DNA from: Trichomonas gallinae
Taxonomy: Eukaryota
Assembly (NCBI GenBank): GCA_008369845.1
Contig: MRSU01010621.1
Span: 1-38,692, forward strand
Reading direction: 5' to 3'
DNA length: 38,692 bases
The notes beneath the pieces were generated by a model that was not told the origin of the DNA, did no database searches, and saw nothing but the letters and a program-made list of their open reading frames with translations. The position numbers and the translations under genes are program-made. This document shows, in pieces, positions 1 to 9,627 of this stretch; the stretch's first letter is position 1, and every line of letters begins with the position of its first letter.

Positions 1-63
1 CCTAGTGGTTATAGCGTTCGCCTAGTAAGCGGAAGGTCGTGGGTCCGAATCCCACCAGAAGCA
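1..63 (+). tRNA. tRNA-Thr(AGT), 5' end truncated by the window edge
   Basis: D-arm TAGTGGTTATAGC; anticodon arm TTCGC-CTAGTAA-GCGGA (anticodon AGT); T-arm GTGGG-TCCGAAT-CCCAC; acceptor 3' strand CAGAAGC plus discriminator A63. Confidence 0.93.
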
Positions 64-65
64 TA

Positions 66-78
66 TTTTTTCTTTTTT
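66..78 (+). terminator. Pol III oligo-T terminator of tRNA-Thr
   Basis: Two T runs (66-71, 73-78) immediately after the tRNA 3' end. Confidence 0.7.
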
Positions 79-123
79 AAAAAATTCACTTTTTGTTAAC
101 AAAAGTGTCATTCCCCCTCAAAT

Positions 124-1062
124 CTGAGTACTGTAGTTGAAGATGAAGTATTATATACAGTATATGAAGAGCTAGGCTATACTATTGTCGGCGATGGCAG
201 TGATACATCAAGAAATGCAGTTCCCCAAGGTTCAAACTGTCCAAAAAGTATTATTATCAAGTCTTCAATTTCTGGATTTCCAGTTACCAAAATATCGAAT
301 TATGCATTTAATATGTGTACAAATGTAGATTCTTTGTCAATTCCAGAAGGAATTCAGTCAATTGGCGATTTCGCGTTCGACTATGCAAAAATCAAAATTG
401 ACAATCTAACAATACCACAATCCGTAATTTCAATTGGAGCCCATGCATTCGCAACGAATAGAATCACATGTGTTAACATTGGAACTAAATTAAAAACAAT
501 AAGTGATATTGGAATATTTGCGAATAACGCGCCTTTGATCAAAATCAATGTAGATCCTCAAAATCCATATTTTTGCAACGATGATCAATATGCTTTGTAC
601 TCAAAAGATATGACTATTTTGTATCAAGCATCTGGATACAGCGAATATTTTGTCGTTCCTCAAACTGTGAAATTCATCAGATTCAAAGCTTTCGACGGGT
701 TTCGAATACAAATGATAACTATACCCAAAGATGTTACTTTTATGACATTTTCGATATATAATATGCCTAATTTGACAACATTGAAAATTTATTCCGGCAT
801 CCCTCCAAACATGAATAATTTGATCAATAGTTGCTATGTTCTTAAAAGTTTAATATACTATGGAAATATAAATGCATCACATGCGTTTAGTTTATATACA
901 CCTAGATTAACGAATGTTTTCGTCAATAATCGAAAATTCCCAGTAATAAATGGAATTCAAACGACTTATATCAGAACTTATAACTATGATGTGACATGCA
1001 ATGTCCAAAAATATACTGCTATTGACAACAAACTTCTCATTTATGTTTTTATAATCTTATAA
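124..1062 (+). CDS. BspA-like (TpLRR) leucine-rich-repeat surface protein; start uncertain (first in-frame ATG 313, frame open from 100)
   Basis: TpLRR repeats (SIPEGIQSIGDFAF, TIPQSVISIGAHAF), INVDPQNPYF..D..LYSKD motif, C-terminal TC...LLIYVFIIL hydrophobic tail. The upstream in-frame sequence YTIVGDGS..NA..IIIK..ISGFPVTKISNYAF is also BspA-like. Confidence 0.8.
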   Translation: MSTVVEDEVLYTVYEELGYTIVGDGSDTSRNAVPQGSNCPKSIIIKSSISGFPVTKISNYAFNMCTNVDSLSIPEGIQSIGDFAFDYAKIKIDNLTIPQSVISIGAHAFATNRITCVNIGTKLKTISDIGIFANNAPLIKINVDPQNPYFCNDDQYALYSKDMTILYQASGYSEYFVVPQTVKFIRFKAFDGFRIQMITIPKDVTFMTFSIYNMPNLTTLKIYSGIPPNMNNLINSCYVLKSLIYYGNINASHAFSLYTPRLTNVFVNNRKFPVINGIQTTYIRTYNYDVTCNVQKYTAIDNKLLIYVFIIL

Positions 1063-1277
1063 TTCAACATTTATAAACTTATGTAATCAAAACTAAATTG
1101 AAGTGTTCTGAATTGAAATTAAAAAATCAAAAGATTTATATAATACCCATTCTAACATTAATCTGATGGATTTTTTATAATAAATTTGTTGGAAATTTTG
1201 TAAAAATAGTCTAAAATTTTGTCAATACTTTTGGAAAATGTCAAAAAATTGATTCATTTTCAATTCATTTGTTAATA

Positions 1278-1795
1278 ATGCACCAGGAAGTTGTTGTATA
1301 TATGACATGAATCCATCCAGGTGTCAATACCTTTTCATTGCGCCAGCTTTTTCAAATGTTCGCACATGATAACTCAAATATTCAATTCGCAAACATCACA
1401 ATGTGAACAATGATCGGTGCCATTAAAGATATTAATGCGATCAACTACAAAAAGTTTAAAGGACTTTTAGTCAACGCAAATCTGAATACATTGAAAGGCA
1501 AAAGTCTGAGAAAGGATCTGTTTTCAATTCAGGTGAAAGTTTTGTAAACGAGAGAGACTTATTCGAAGAGTTAAGGAACTATGGACCAGTTATATGTGTT
1601 AAGCTCCTCAAAGGCTGTGCTATTGAATTTTCTAACAAATCTTTTGACAACATCTCGCAAACAAGCAATGGAAACATTAAATACGTCAAAAGAGGATCTG
1701 TTGACAAATTTCCATCACCATCTGTCGCCAGAACTCAAAATCAGTCATGTAATATTGTTTGTTATATAATAAATATAGATAAGAAAGTTAATTGA
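1278..1795 (+). pseudogene. Degraded tandem RRM RNA-binding protein gene
   Basis: ATG1278 follows a TCATT initiator-like site. Frame reads MHQEVVVYMT*IHPGVNTFSLRQLFQMF...FANITM*TMIGAIKDINAINYKKFKGLLVNA (TGA at 1308 and 1404). After a frameshift near 1470 it reads ...VNERDLFEELRNYGPVICVKLLKGCAIEF, ending at TGA 1793-1795. Confidence 0.6.
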
Positions 1796-2051
1796 TTCGT
1801 TTTTTAATATTTATTTAAAATTTCCAAAAATAGGTTTTGAGCATTAATAATCTAGATAAATCTATATATATCAACATTTAAAAATGATGTTTTCAAACAT
1901 ATGATAAATTTATAGTTTTGATTTAAAAAAAAAACTAAATTTCATCAATTGTTTGGGGGTTGAATAAAAATGACAATAAGTCTATAAGATAATAATTTAT
2001 TCCAAGCAACTTTCAAATTTTATTAATTGATATAAAAAAAATATAATAATC

Positions 2052-4337
2052 TTATCCGAAAATATTAACGTCATGGTCGTGTTGTATTGGCTGAGATCCA
2101 TAGATATAGCTAACACGGATCTTGAGCGCGAACTTAAACTGTCCTGTATTTGTCCACTGGACTGTCTGTTGAATTGGCTTCTCATTGAATGGCTCCAGAA
2201 CATCACCAGTAGGTCTCTGGCACTGCATGACCCATCCCTGTGTGCATGCGAACTCAACCTTGAACCTCTTGATTTGCACAGATGTCCTGTTGTAAGCGTT
2301 GAGGCGTGCAGAGTATGTATTGGGATTCGGGTTCCTGACCTCGAAGTATATCTGAAGGTCATCTTTATCGTAAGCTAAAACAGCTCCCTGTGGAATCATC
2401 GGCTGCTTCTGCTGCGGCTGTGCTGGTGTGGAAAGCATAGACCCAAGAAGATCAACAGGCTGTGCAGCACTCGGTGTAGATGTGGCAGGTCCCAACATAT
2501 CGAGTAAGTTCGGAACTTCCTTAGGCTGACTGTTTGTTGCCGGTGTAGATGGGTTCCAGTCGATGATGTCTGCTGTCTGTGCTTGTGCCTTTGAGTCCGC
2601 TGGCTTCTTCTCCTCGTCATCTTCTTCTATAGGTGGAGCTGGAGCGAGAACCTGGTCAGCAACAGCTGTCTTAGTAAGAAGCTGAAGATATTCGCCTGAC
2701 CTCTGCTGCAAGTCGAGGTCATTATCTGCTGCGCCGGCTGTAAGAGCGTTTATTGTGACTTGGTCCGGCTGAGAGCGTGAAGCCATCTTCGCGAGCGCTG
2801 TGATGATGAAGGCCTTTGTCTCTTTCGTGGTCTGTGGGAGTGTTAATATCTGTTGGAATGTCTGTGTGAGGTTTTCTGCTTCCTGGCCATACTCGCCGAG
2901 GATCCATGCGGAGACTTGAACGAGTGGCTGGACTGTGGAGTTGCGTGTGAGCTCGCCTTGGAGCTGTTTGACTGCGTATTGCTGCATAACTTCGGATCTG
3001 CCGACAACTTTGCAAACTGCTGAGATGATGTCGGATTTGACGTAGCCACCGGATTCACGAAGGATCTGCATGATAGCGTCGAACATCCACTGCTCTGACG
3101 GTGAGAAACTTTGAATCGCGGTAAAAATACGACCGACAAGTTCCATTCTGAAGTCTGTATCTGCGAGATGGAGGTATTTGAGAATCTCTGGGACAAGGCG
3201 CTCGACGTTATCGCGATCAATTAAAGCGCTGATAACATCGAGTGCTCTGCGACGAATGGAAATATCCGGATTGTCCAAGCAACGAACAATCTGGCCCTTG
3301 TAGCGCTGAAGAGCGAGAGAATCTGCAGAAGAACGATCTAAAATATCGCGGTTGGCGTATAATACCCTTGAGAAGACATTGAGAGCGCTGTATAAAACAT
3401 TTGATTCGCGGAATGAAAGAAGGCGTCCGATTTGGCTGAAAGCGAGTGTTCTGAGAGATGGTTTCTTTGCAACAGCAACAATTGTCTGTACAGCCTGAAG
3501 AAGAACGGCTCTGCCGTCGGATCTCTTCATATCAGCTGTAGAAACAATTGAAGCGAGAACTTCATCGAGATCATCTGATGGAGATTTAAGTAAAGCGAGA
3601 ATTTCGAGGACTTTGACTTGAAGGAATGGATCAGAAGCTTCATCTGAGCTCCTGGACGATGCAATAAGCGATCTGAGAATCTTTACGAAAGCTGGAGTGA
3701 ATTTCGACCATGTATTTGCAAGTTCTGGCTGAGCCTTGAGCATGGTGACGACCATGCCGATACCTGAGAGCACGACAGAGTGCTGAGAGTCGTTAAGAAG
3801 CAAGTGTACGTGTGGCTGAAAAGTTTCTGTGAATTCTGGGATTTTCTTGATAATTCTGATAACTGCCATAGCTGCGCGCTTTCTCAAGAATGGATCGTCG
3901 ATGGCGAGAACCTTCTGGACGTCCGCTGAAAGCGAACGGCAAAGTTCGACTGATCCGATATTTGCAAGTAAAGCTAAAGCGAGAGCTACAACAAAACGAT
4001 GTCTTGATTGAAGGTCTTTTTGTATCGTGTGTGTGAGAAGAACTGAAATGTCTGCTGTTTCATCGAGCAACAAAGAAGCGCCCAAATATCCGATCCTCTT
4101 GAATGAAAATCGGTCATCTGCCATGAGGCTGAGTGTCGACATTTGGCCCCATGATGTAGTTTCGCCTATCATATTCAAATAGACGAGCTTTGCAACAACG
4201 CGGGGCCTCATTTCGGGCTCGCATTCTCTAATATAAGTACGAATGTTCGCGAGTTCTGTTGTAATAACGTGACGCTCCTCATCAATGGACTGTGCAGCTC
4301 TAATTTGGTGAATCAGAGCAGAAAGCTGAAGAGTCAT
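2052..4337 (-). CDS. AP1G: AP-1 complex gamma adaptin
   Basis: Adaptin N-terminal trunk (LIHQIRAA..EER..I..E.A.IR, KRIGYL, DPFLQVKVLEIL, D.SIRRRALD, DLQQRSGEY), low-complexity hinge with LLD motifs, C-terminal ear domain. Confidence 0.92.
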   Translation of the reverse strand: MTLQLSALIHQIRAAQSIDEERHVITTELANIRTYIRECEPEMRPRVVAKLVYLNMIGETTSWGQMSTLSLMADDRFSFKRIGYLGASLLLDETADISVLLTHTIQKDLQSRHRFVVALALALLANIGSVELCRSLSADVQKVLAIDDPFLRKRAAMAVIRIIKKIPEFTETFQPHVHLLLNDSQHSVVLSGIGMVVTMLKAQPELANTWSKFTPAFVKILRSLIASSRSSDEASDPFLQVKVLEILALLKSPSDDLDEVLASIVSTADMKRSDGRAVLLQAVQTIVAVAKKPSLRTLAFSQIGRLLSFRESNVLYSALNVFSRVLYANRDILDRSSADSLALQRYKGQIVRCLDNPDISIRRRALDVISALIDRDNVERLVPEILKYLHLADTDFRMELVGRIFTAIQSFSPSEQWMFDAIMQILRESGGYVKSDIISAVCKVVGRSEVMQQYAVKQLQGELTRNSTVQPLVQVSAWILGEYGQEAENLTQTFQQILTLPQTTKETKAFIITALAKMASRSQPDQVTINALTAGAADNDLDLQQRSGEYLQLLTKTAVADQVLAPAPPIEEDDEEKKPADSKAQAQTADIIDWNPSTPATNSQPKEVPNLLDMLGPATSTPSAAQPVDLLGSMLSTPAQPQQKQPMIPQGAVLAYDKDDLQIYFEVRNPNPNTYSARLNAYNRTSVQIKRFKVEFACTQGWVMQCQRPTGDVLEPFNEKPIQQTVQWTNTGQFKFALKIRVSYIYGSQPIQHDHDVNIFG

Positions 4338-4409
4338 TTCTGGTTTTTGTCAAACCGCTTTCATATTTTACAATAATCGTCATATATTTTTATTTTATTT
4401 ATTGTCTGC

Positions 4410-4665
4410 ATTTATTTCTTTCAAATAATAATGTTTTTATAATTATTTTTGCTTAAAACACATTTTGATTTTATTTCGATTTTGTATTTCATTTTTATAG
4501 CTAATATCAATGAAGAAAACGAATATTATTGCAATATGAATATATATGATTGTTTTCAAGAAATGTATTTGCATTTTATTATTCATTCGTCATTCATTAC
4601 CTGTATTTATTTCTTTCAAATAATAATGTTTTTATAATTATTTTTGCTTAAAACACATTTTGATT
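4410..4665. repeat. 61-bp perfect direct repeat (4410-4470 and 4605-4665)
   Basis: ATTTATTTCTTTCAAATAATAATGTTTTTATAATTATTTTTGCTTAAAACACATTTTGATT occurs twice, with starts 195 bp apart. Confidence 0.9.
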
Positions 4666-4744
4666 ATATTTTAAATTTAAATTTATTGACATCGTATGTG
4701 TCTGTATTGCCTTTAAGGCTCTTAACGAAGGTCTGCATCGTCAT
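4664..4744 (-). pseudogene. Truncated ubiquitin-like N-terminal fragment
   Basis: Minus-strand translation MTMQTFVKSLKGNTDTYDVNKFKFKI*, compared with the ubiquitin start MQIFVKTLTGKTITLEVE. Confidence 0.5.
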
Positions 4745-5117
4745 GAGAAAAGTACTGAACTAAAAAATAACTGTATGGCAAATATATTTGTTGCAGAAAA
4801 ATGGTTTCTTTTAAAATCACCAGCAATTTTTCATCCGTGAATTTTATAAAATAACACATATATCAAAACATTTATAGTCAAAAAAAAAAAATAATATTTG
4901 GTAGTCAAGATTGATAATTTTTACAATAATTATGTTTTTATTAGAAATTAATTTGTTTGAGAAAAACATAGTCTTGCTATCTTTACAAACTATGTTACTT
5001 ATTTGAAAGATTTTATTTTTGAGGTAACTCCAAAGTTGTATTATGGAGTTTTTTGTTTTCATGTTTCTTCCAAAGTTGGACTGAAAGGAATTGTTATATT
5101 CTTTTATACAAAATAAA

Positions 5118-6887
5118 TTATCTACTATTAATATTCCTTCTAATCTGCTCAATCTTATCTCTGATCTGCTTATCTGTCATCGTTGGACCAGCGTTGACGA
5201 CGTGTTGGATCTGCGGTATAACGCAGAAGTTGTATGCGATGTTCTGGAATCTGTACAAAACCATTGTCTTCTCGGAAATTCCACGTCTTTTCTCCCAGTT
5301 AATCAATCCATCAGTGAAGCTCGGGCTCTTATCTATCGGCACCGAAACCAGCTCCACTCTCAAGTTGGGTATAGTGGGATACCAACCCTCGTACTGTCTC
5401 TTGATCTTGGAATGATAATCTGCGACTTTGGTCGAGTTTTCGCCACAAACATCACATAATTCATCTCTTCGTCTAGAAAGTTCTTTATCTGGCGCAATAA
5501 ATAGCATATTTATCTCTGGGTCCTTCAGTGCATGCATAATGCAGGCGACCGCGTCGTAATTTGCTAATGTTGTATTCAAATAATAAGCGATATCAAGGAA
5601 TTTGGAGATTGCTCCTACATGATCATTATTAGGAGCGTTAACTATTGTATCTAATACTAAAGTAGTCAATCTGTCGCCGAATTCGAAAAATTCGGCTAAT
5701 GTTGGAGTCTGATGTGAAATTTTTTGTTCTGATAATGCGACAACGAATTCGCGGGAGTGCACAGCTTTAAACGCAGCGTGGAAAAGTAAAGTGATTTGTC
5801 TTGCAACTTCTTGTGGATTTGGTTCTGTAAGCTTTAGCGTTGGTTTGAAGATTATCTGAGCGTTGTCGATAATTGGTGGCTCGCTCGGTGCTGGCAAAAC
5901 TCCTGTCTTCTTGCCATATGATAAATTCGGAAGTTGTGCGAGGATAGGCTTAGCATATCTTTGTATATTTTGCATGTTTTCTTGGTCATCTTCGATTCTG
6001 CGTAAGAAGTGACCAATAGATTTGAGTGTTTTAGTTCCGATGAATAAACCATGGAAAGAGATCCATTTTTTAATAAGATTGATAACAACAACGCGAAGTT
6101 GTGGTTGAAGCTCGAGTATTTGAAGCTTTTGCTCTTCTGTATCTGGTTCCAAAAGATGGCAATCGAATAATGCGCAAAGATGCTGGAAAAAGTGGTATGA
6201 TGATGTAATTGAATGAAGTGTAAGGAAGAATTTATAGATTTCATCGTCAGGAAGCTGTGCTGCGCTTGATGTTGCAAATAAAACTACGAATCTTTTCATT
6301 GTTGCTGCTTTCAGATTTGTAAATACATGGCTGGCTCCCTCCTGGTACTGAACATTCAGTTCCGGGTTTAATAATTCTTGCCATATCAGTTTCGGATCTT
6401 CTCTGTAAGGGGAAGCAAAGAAATCTTCCTCAAGGGATTCCTCCACGAACTGATGGTGAGGGTCAGGAGCGATTTCCCATGGGTTTTCTCTAGGAAGAAC
6501 ACCTAATGAAACAAGTAAAAGTAGATCTGTTTTATCCCAGGGCTGATCCATTCTCTGAAATTCATGCCCACATTCACTTTGAAGCATTTCGGCGGTTCTA
6601 TTCATTCCGATTGCATTTAGATGTTGATATACGAGTTCTAAAATAACGTAACGATTGACATGTTGAAGAACAGCGGTGGTATCTGTGTGTACGACATTCG
6701 CAAATGAGTATCCACCAGTCCAAGGAAGAACTCTTTCACGTAAAGCGAGTAATTGAGGGTTTTCACTTAGTAATTTCGAAAGCCATTGGCTCCTCTGCTC
6801 AGTAATGTCTTCTGTTGTTTGCTGCTGACCATTTGGTGAGCGTGGAATAACATTTGAGCTATGAGGAGAAGATGAAAGTGATGACAT
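5118..6887 (-). CDS. RasGEF (REM + CDC25-type domain) with N-terminal LisH-like motif
   Basis: LisH-like ILELVYQHLNAIGMNRTAEMLQSE; REM-like FFLT..S.T..., VINLIKKWI; CDC25-like PQEVARQITLL, NYDAVACI..AL, PTIP, DGLINWEKRR. Confidence 0.85.
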   Translation of the reverse strand: MSSLSSSPHSSNVIPRSPNGQQQTTEDITEQRSQWLSKLLSENPQLLALRERVLPWTGGYSFANVVHTDTTAVLQHVNRYVILELVYQHLNAIGMNRTAEMLQSECGHEFQRMDQPWDKTDLLLLVSLGVLPRENPWEIAPDPHHQFVEESLEEDFFASPYREDPKLIWQELLNPELNVQYQEGASHVFTNLKAATMKRFVVLFATSSAAQLPDDEIYKFFLTLHSITSSYHFFQHLCALFDCHLLEPDTEEQKLQILELQPQLRVVVINLIKKWISFHGLFIGTKTLKSIGHFLRRIEDDQENMQNIQRYAKPILAQLPNLSYGKKTGVLPAPSEPPIIDNAQIIFKPTLKLTEPNPQEVARQITLLFHAAFKAVHSREFVVALSEQKISHQTPTLAEFFEFGDRLTTLVLDTIVNAPNNDHVGAISKFLDIAYYLNTTLANYDAVACIMHALKDPEINMLFIAPDKELSRRRDELCDVCGENSTKVADYHSKIKRQYEGWYPTIPNLRVELVSVPIDKSPSFTDGLINWEKRRGISEKTMVLYRFQNIAYNFCVIPQIQHVVNAGPTMTDKQIRDKIEQIRRNINSR

Positions 6888-7401
6888 AAAAAATTAATGA
6901 CAAATTTTCGGTTTTATTTGATGTATTTCGAATATTGGATGTATATTGAATCCAATTATAGTTTTTCGTTTGCAGCAAAAAACTGATTTTGAAAAAATAT
7001 AATAACAAAAGTCTACAAATTTTATAATATAATTATAAAATTCAAGAAAAATAGCACTAAAATTAGATAAGCAAATCGTAAAATCCATAGCGTAATTGGA
7101 AAAAGCTCCACTCATACTATTGAATCAATATAAAATCGTTGAAATTTGTGATTTTTTAATACAAAAAACATTTAATTTCCTTATCTGAGCATTTAGTGAG
7201 AGAGTTAGAAACAAAAATTGTTTCTATACTTGACATATTATATGGTTTATGTATATATCTTATATAGATAAAGTTTCAACCAATAATACGAAAACAAAAT
7301 TTGGTTTCTAGATTTATGTTCGTTGTAGATGCATCAGAAAAAACTTTTGTAGGTTGATATATTAACAATAACAAACTTTATTCAAACAAAAATTAAAAAT
7401 A

Positions 7402-8568
7402 TTAAATATTTTTGATTAAAACGCTGGGTACTTTTCTGCGCATGAAACATTGAGCCATGTTGATGCTGTTATGATTAGAAGGAAGAGATCTTCTCTTTGC
7501 ATGAGATTTTGCAAAATGTTCGTTAGGAAGCAATCTCGGCAATGCGATTACCTCCTGATATGACTTGCTCTTCTTATTGTCACCTAATTTTTCATTCATT
7601 GAAGCAATATTGTTCGACATATAATCTCTGCGAGCGATGTTATATGATATAGTGTTTTGATCGACCTTGGAGCTGTTTAGCGATTTATAAACATCTTCTG
7701 GATTTATCTTTGGAATTAAGTTGAAAATTGCTTTTTCATCATATTTGAAGTTTTGGATCTTATTTTTAACATATTGCATTTTCTCTTTGACCCAAGGATG
7801 GTTGTAAATATCATCGAGACCGATTCTTTCCTCTGGATCTTTTGCCAACATTCTCTTCAAAAGATCAACAACTTGGTCTGATAAATTGCTGGGGAACTCT
7901 ACTTCCTTGTATATGATCTTCTGTGCTAAACGCGCCATGTTCGTATCTTCAAAAGGAAGATGACCGACAACCATAACGTATAGCACAACGCCGCAGCTCC
8001 AAATGTCCGATGATATTGCGTATGGCTTGCCCAATATCATTTCAGGGGATGCATACGATGGTGAACCGCACTGAGTTTTCATAATTGATTGATCTTGTAC
8101 AGCAAGACCAAAGTCAATAAGGCGGATGTTATAATGAGTATCAAAAAGGATATTTTCCGCTTTAATATCGCGATGAATAACTTTCATTGTTGTCTGTAAA
8201 TATTGCAACACAATGTTTAACTGAGCAAAAATTGTTGAAGCATCTTCCTCACTGAAAGGTCCATTCTCATTTATGCAGTTTAATAATGTACCATTCTGAA
8301 GATACTCCATGATAATGTAAGTAAAATTGTCTGTTTCGATGACCTCATAGAGTTCTGATATAAATGGATGTTTTGCAGTCTTAAGTATTTCGATTTCATG
8401 CCTAATTCTCTCCATTTGTTTTCCATCCTCATTATGATTGTATTTAGAAATCATTTTGATGGCAACCTTCTGCCCAGAAGCTTTATGATTGGCATAGAAG
8501 ACCTGAGAGAAGCCACCATCGCCTATCTTAAACCTAGGCTCGTAATTCTCAGTTATACATTCCTCCAT
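7402..8568 (-). CDS. CAMK-group (AMPK/MARK-like) Ser/Thr kinase
   Basis: IGDGGFS, VAIK, HRDIKAEN, DFG, CGSPSYASPE and DIWSCGVVLY are all intact. Confidence 0.93.
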   Translation of the reverse strand: MEECITENYEPRFKIGDGGFSQVFYANHKASGQKVAIKMISKYNHNEDGKQMERIRHEIEILKTAKHPFISELYEVIETDNFTYIIMEYLQNGTLLNCINENGPFSEEDASTIFAQLNIVLQYLQTTMKVIHRDIKAENILFDTHYNIRLIDFGLAVQDQSIMKTQCGSPSYASPEMILGKPYAISSDIWSCGVVLYVMVVGHLPFEDTNMARLAQKIIYKEVEFPSNLSDQVVDLLKRMLAKDPEERIGLDDIYNHPWVKEKMQYVKNKIQNFKYDEKAIFNLIPKINPEDVYKSLNSSKVDQNTISYNIARRDYMSNNIASMNEKLGDNKKSKSYQEVIALPRLLPNEHFAKSHAKRRSLPSNHNSINMAQCFMRRKVPSVLIKNI

Positions 8569-9627
8569 TCACAAATTATTAATGTAAAATTCAGAAAAAA
8601 ATTGGTTAAAAATAAAAAACAGTTTATTGTAATAGGAATGTGAGCAGGAAGGTTTTTCGTTTATAGTTTGAAAGTGAATTGAAAATATTTTAGGAGCGTA
8701 GGTCTCAATTTTTTGTTTATTTTTATTCGACTATCATTGTGCGAATGGTTATTATCAGGATATTTCGATTATCTGATTGAGGATGACAATATAGTTTTTA
8801 AATTTGATATTATTAAATATTACGATAAAAGGATTAAGAAACAATCCATATTTTCACGGATTAATTGAATTTTTTTATCATTTCAGTTGACCCTCAATTA
8901 TCGAAGTTATCAATTTTCATAATAACTCAATTATTTCTGAATCCATACAATGATTCTACCTCAATCTTGGTTTTTTATGAAGATCTTTATGCGTAAAAGA
9001 CAATATTTGGAGTAGTTCCTGATTTTAGCGTTAAATTGAAATTACAAAAAATATCATTTTTGAATCCACCTTACAAAATATTGTTCGATATTTTTGGGTG
9101 ATTTTGATCGGATATATACAAGCATCAAATCCGCTTTTATTTCAAATTTTTCAATCCTATAATTGGACAGAGAGCGTAGAACGTTATTTACTGATTATGT
9201 TGATATAAATCTCATGCATTCATGTATCTCGGCATTATTTTACACTTTATTTCATGATATGTTTTTCCCACAATTTCCAAAATTGTTTGTTTTACGGATC
9301 TCGCTATCAACGCGGAACCACAACGGATTGGTCTATTTCCCAATCATACCGGGAGTTTTCCTTTTTATACAAATGAGAAGGAAAAAAAATTGCATTTTTT
9401 TGAGAAATGATATCAATGCATTTTATTCTATGGGGTCCGTTTAGTCTGCTGGAAATGGATAGAAATTCGCAAAGTGGGTCAGTATTTATTTGATTCAATG
9501 ACAATTTCAAGTTAAATTTACATAAAAAAACAAGGAAATTATGATTTTCTTCAAGCGTTCAGGGTAATATACAAACAAAAGTAATTTATTTAGCAATATC
9601 TCTATAAAAACACACAAATAAAACATA

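Noticed and set aside
1308..1406. UGA reassignment or selenocysteine suggested by two in-frame TGA codons
   Set aside because: TGA ends normal genes here (e.g. PAP2 and the coiled-coil gene), and the same locus also has a frameshift.
1581..1769. 62-aa ORF from the track
   Set aside because: It is an alternative frame over the RRM-like remnant; the RRM-like frame explains the region better.
1997..4011. Short overlapping or antisense ORFs inside AP1G (likewise inside the RasGEF, SLC35, CHD and ELP2 genes)
   Set aside because: Shadow ORFs expected from codon bias in long, GC-richer genes; no recognisable motifs.
4449..5152. 62-aa and 102-aa AT-rich ORFs
   Set aside because: Low-complexity F/I/K/N composition typical of intergenic DNA.
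8880..9510. Coding-looking fragments on both strands between the kinase and the coiled-coil gene
   Set aside because: May be a decayed gene, but no family was recognisable and the frames I translated are repeatedly broken.
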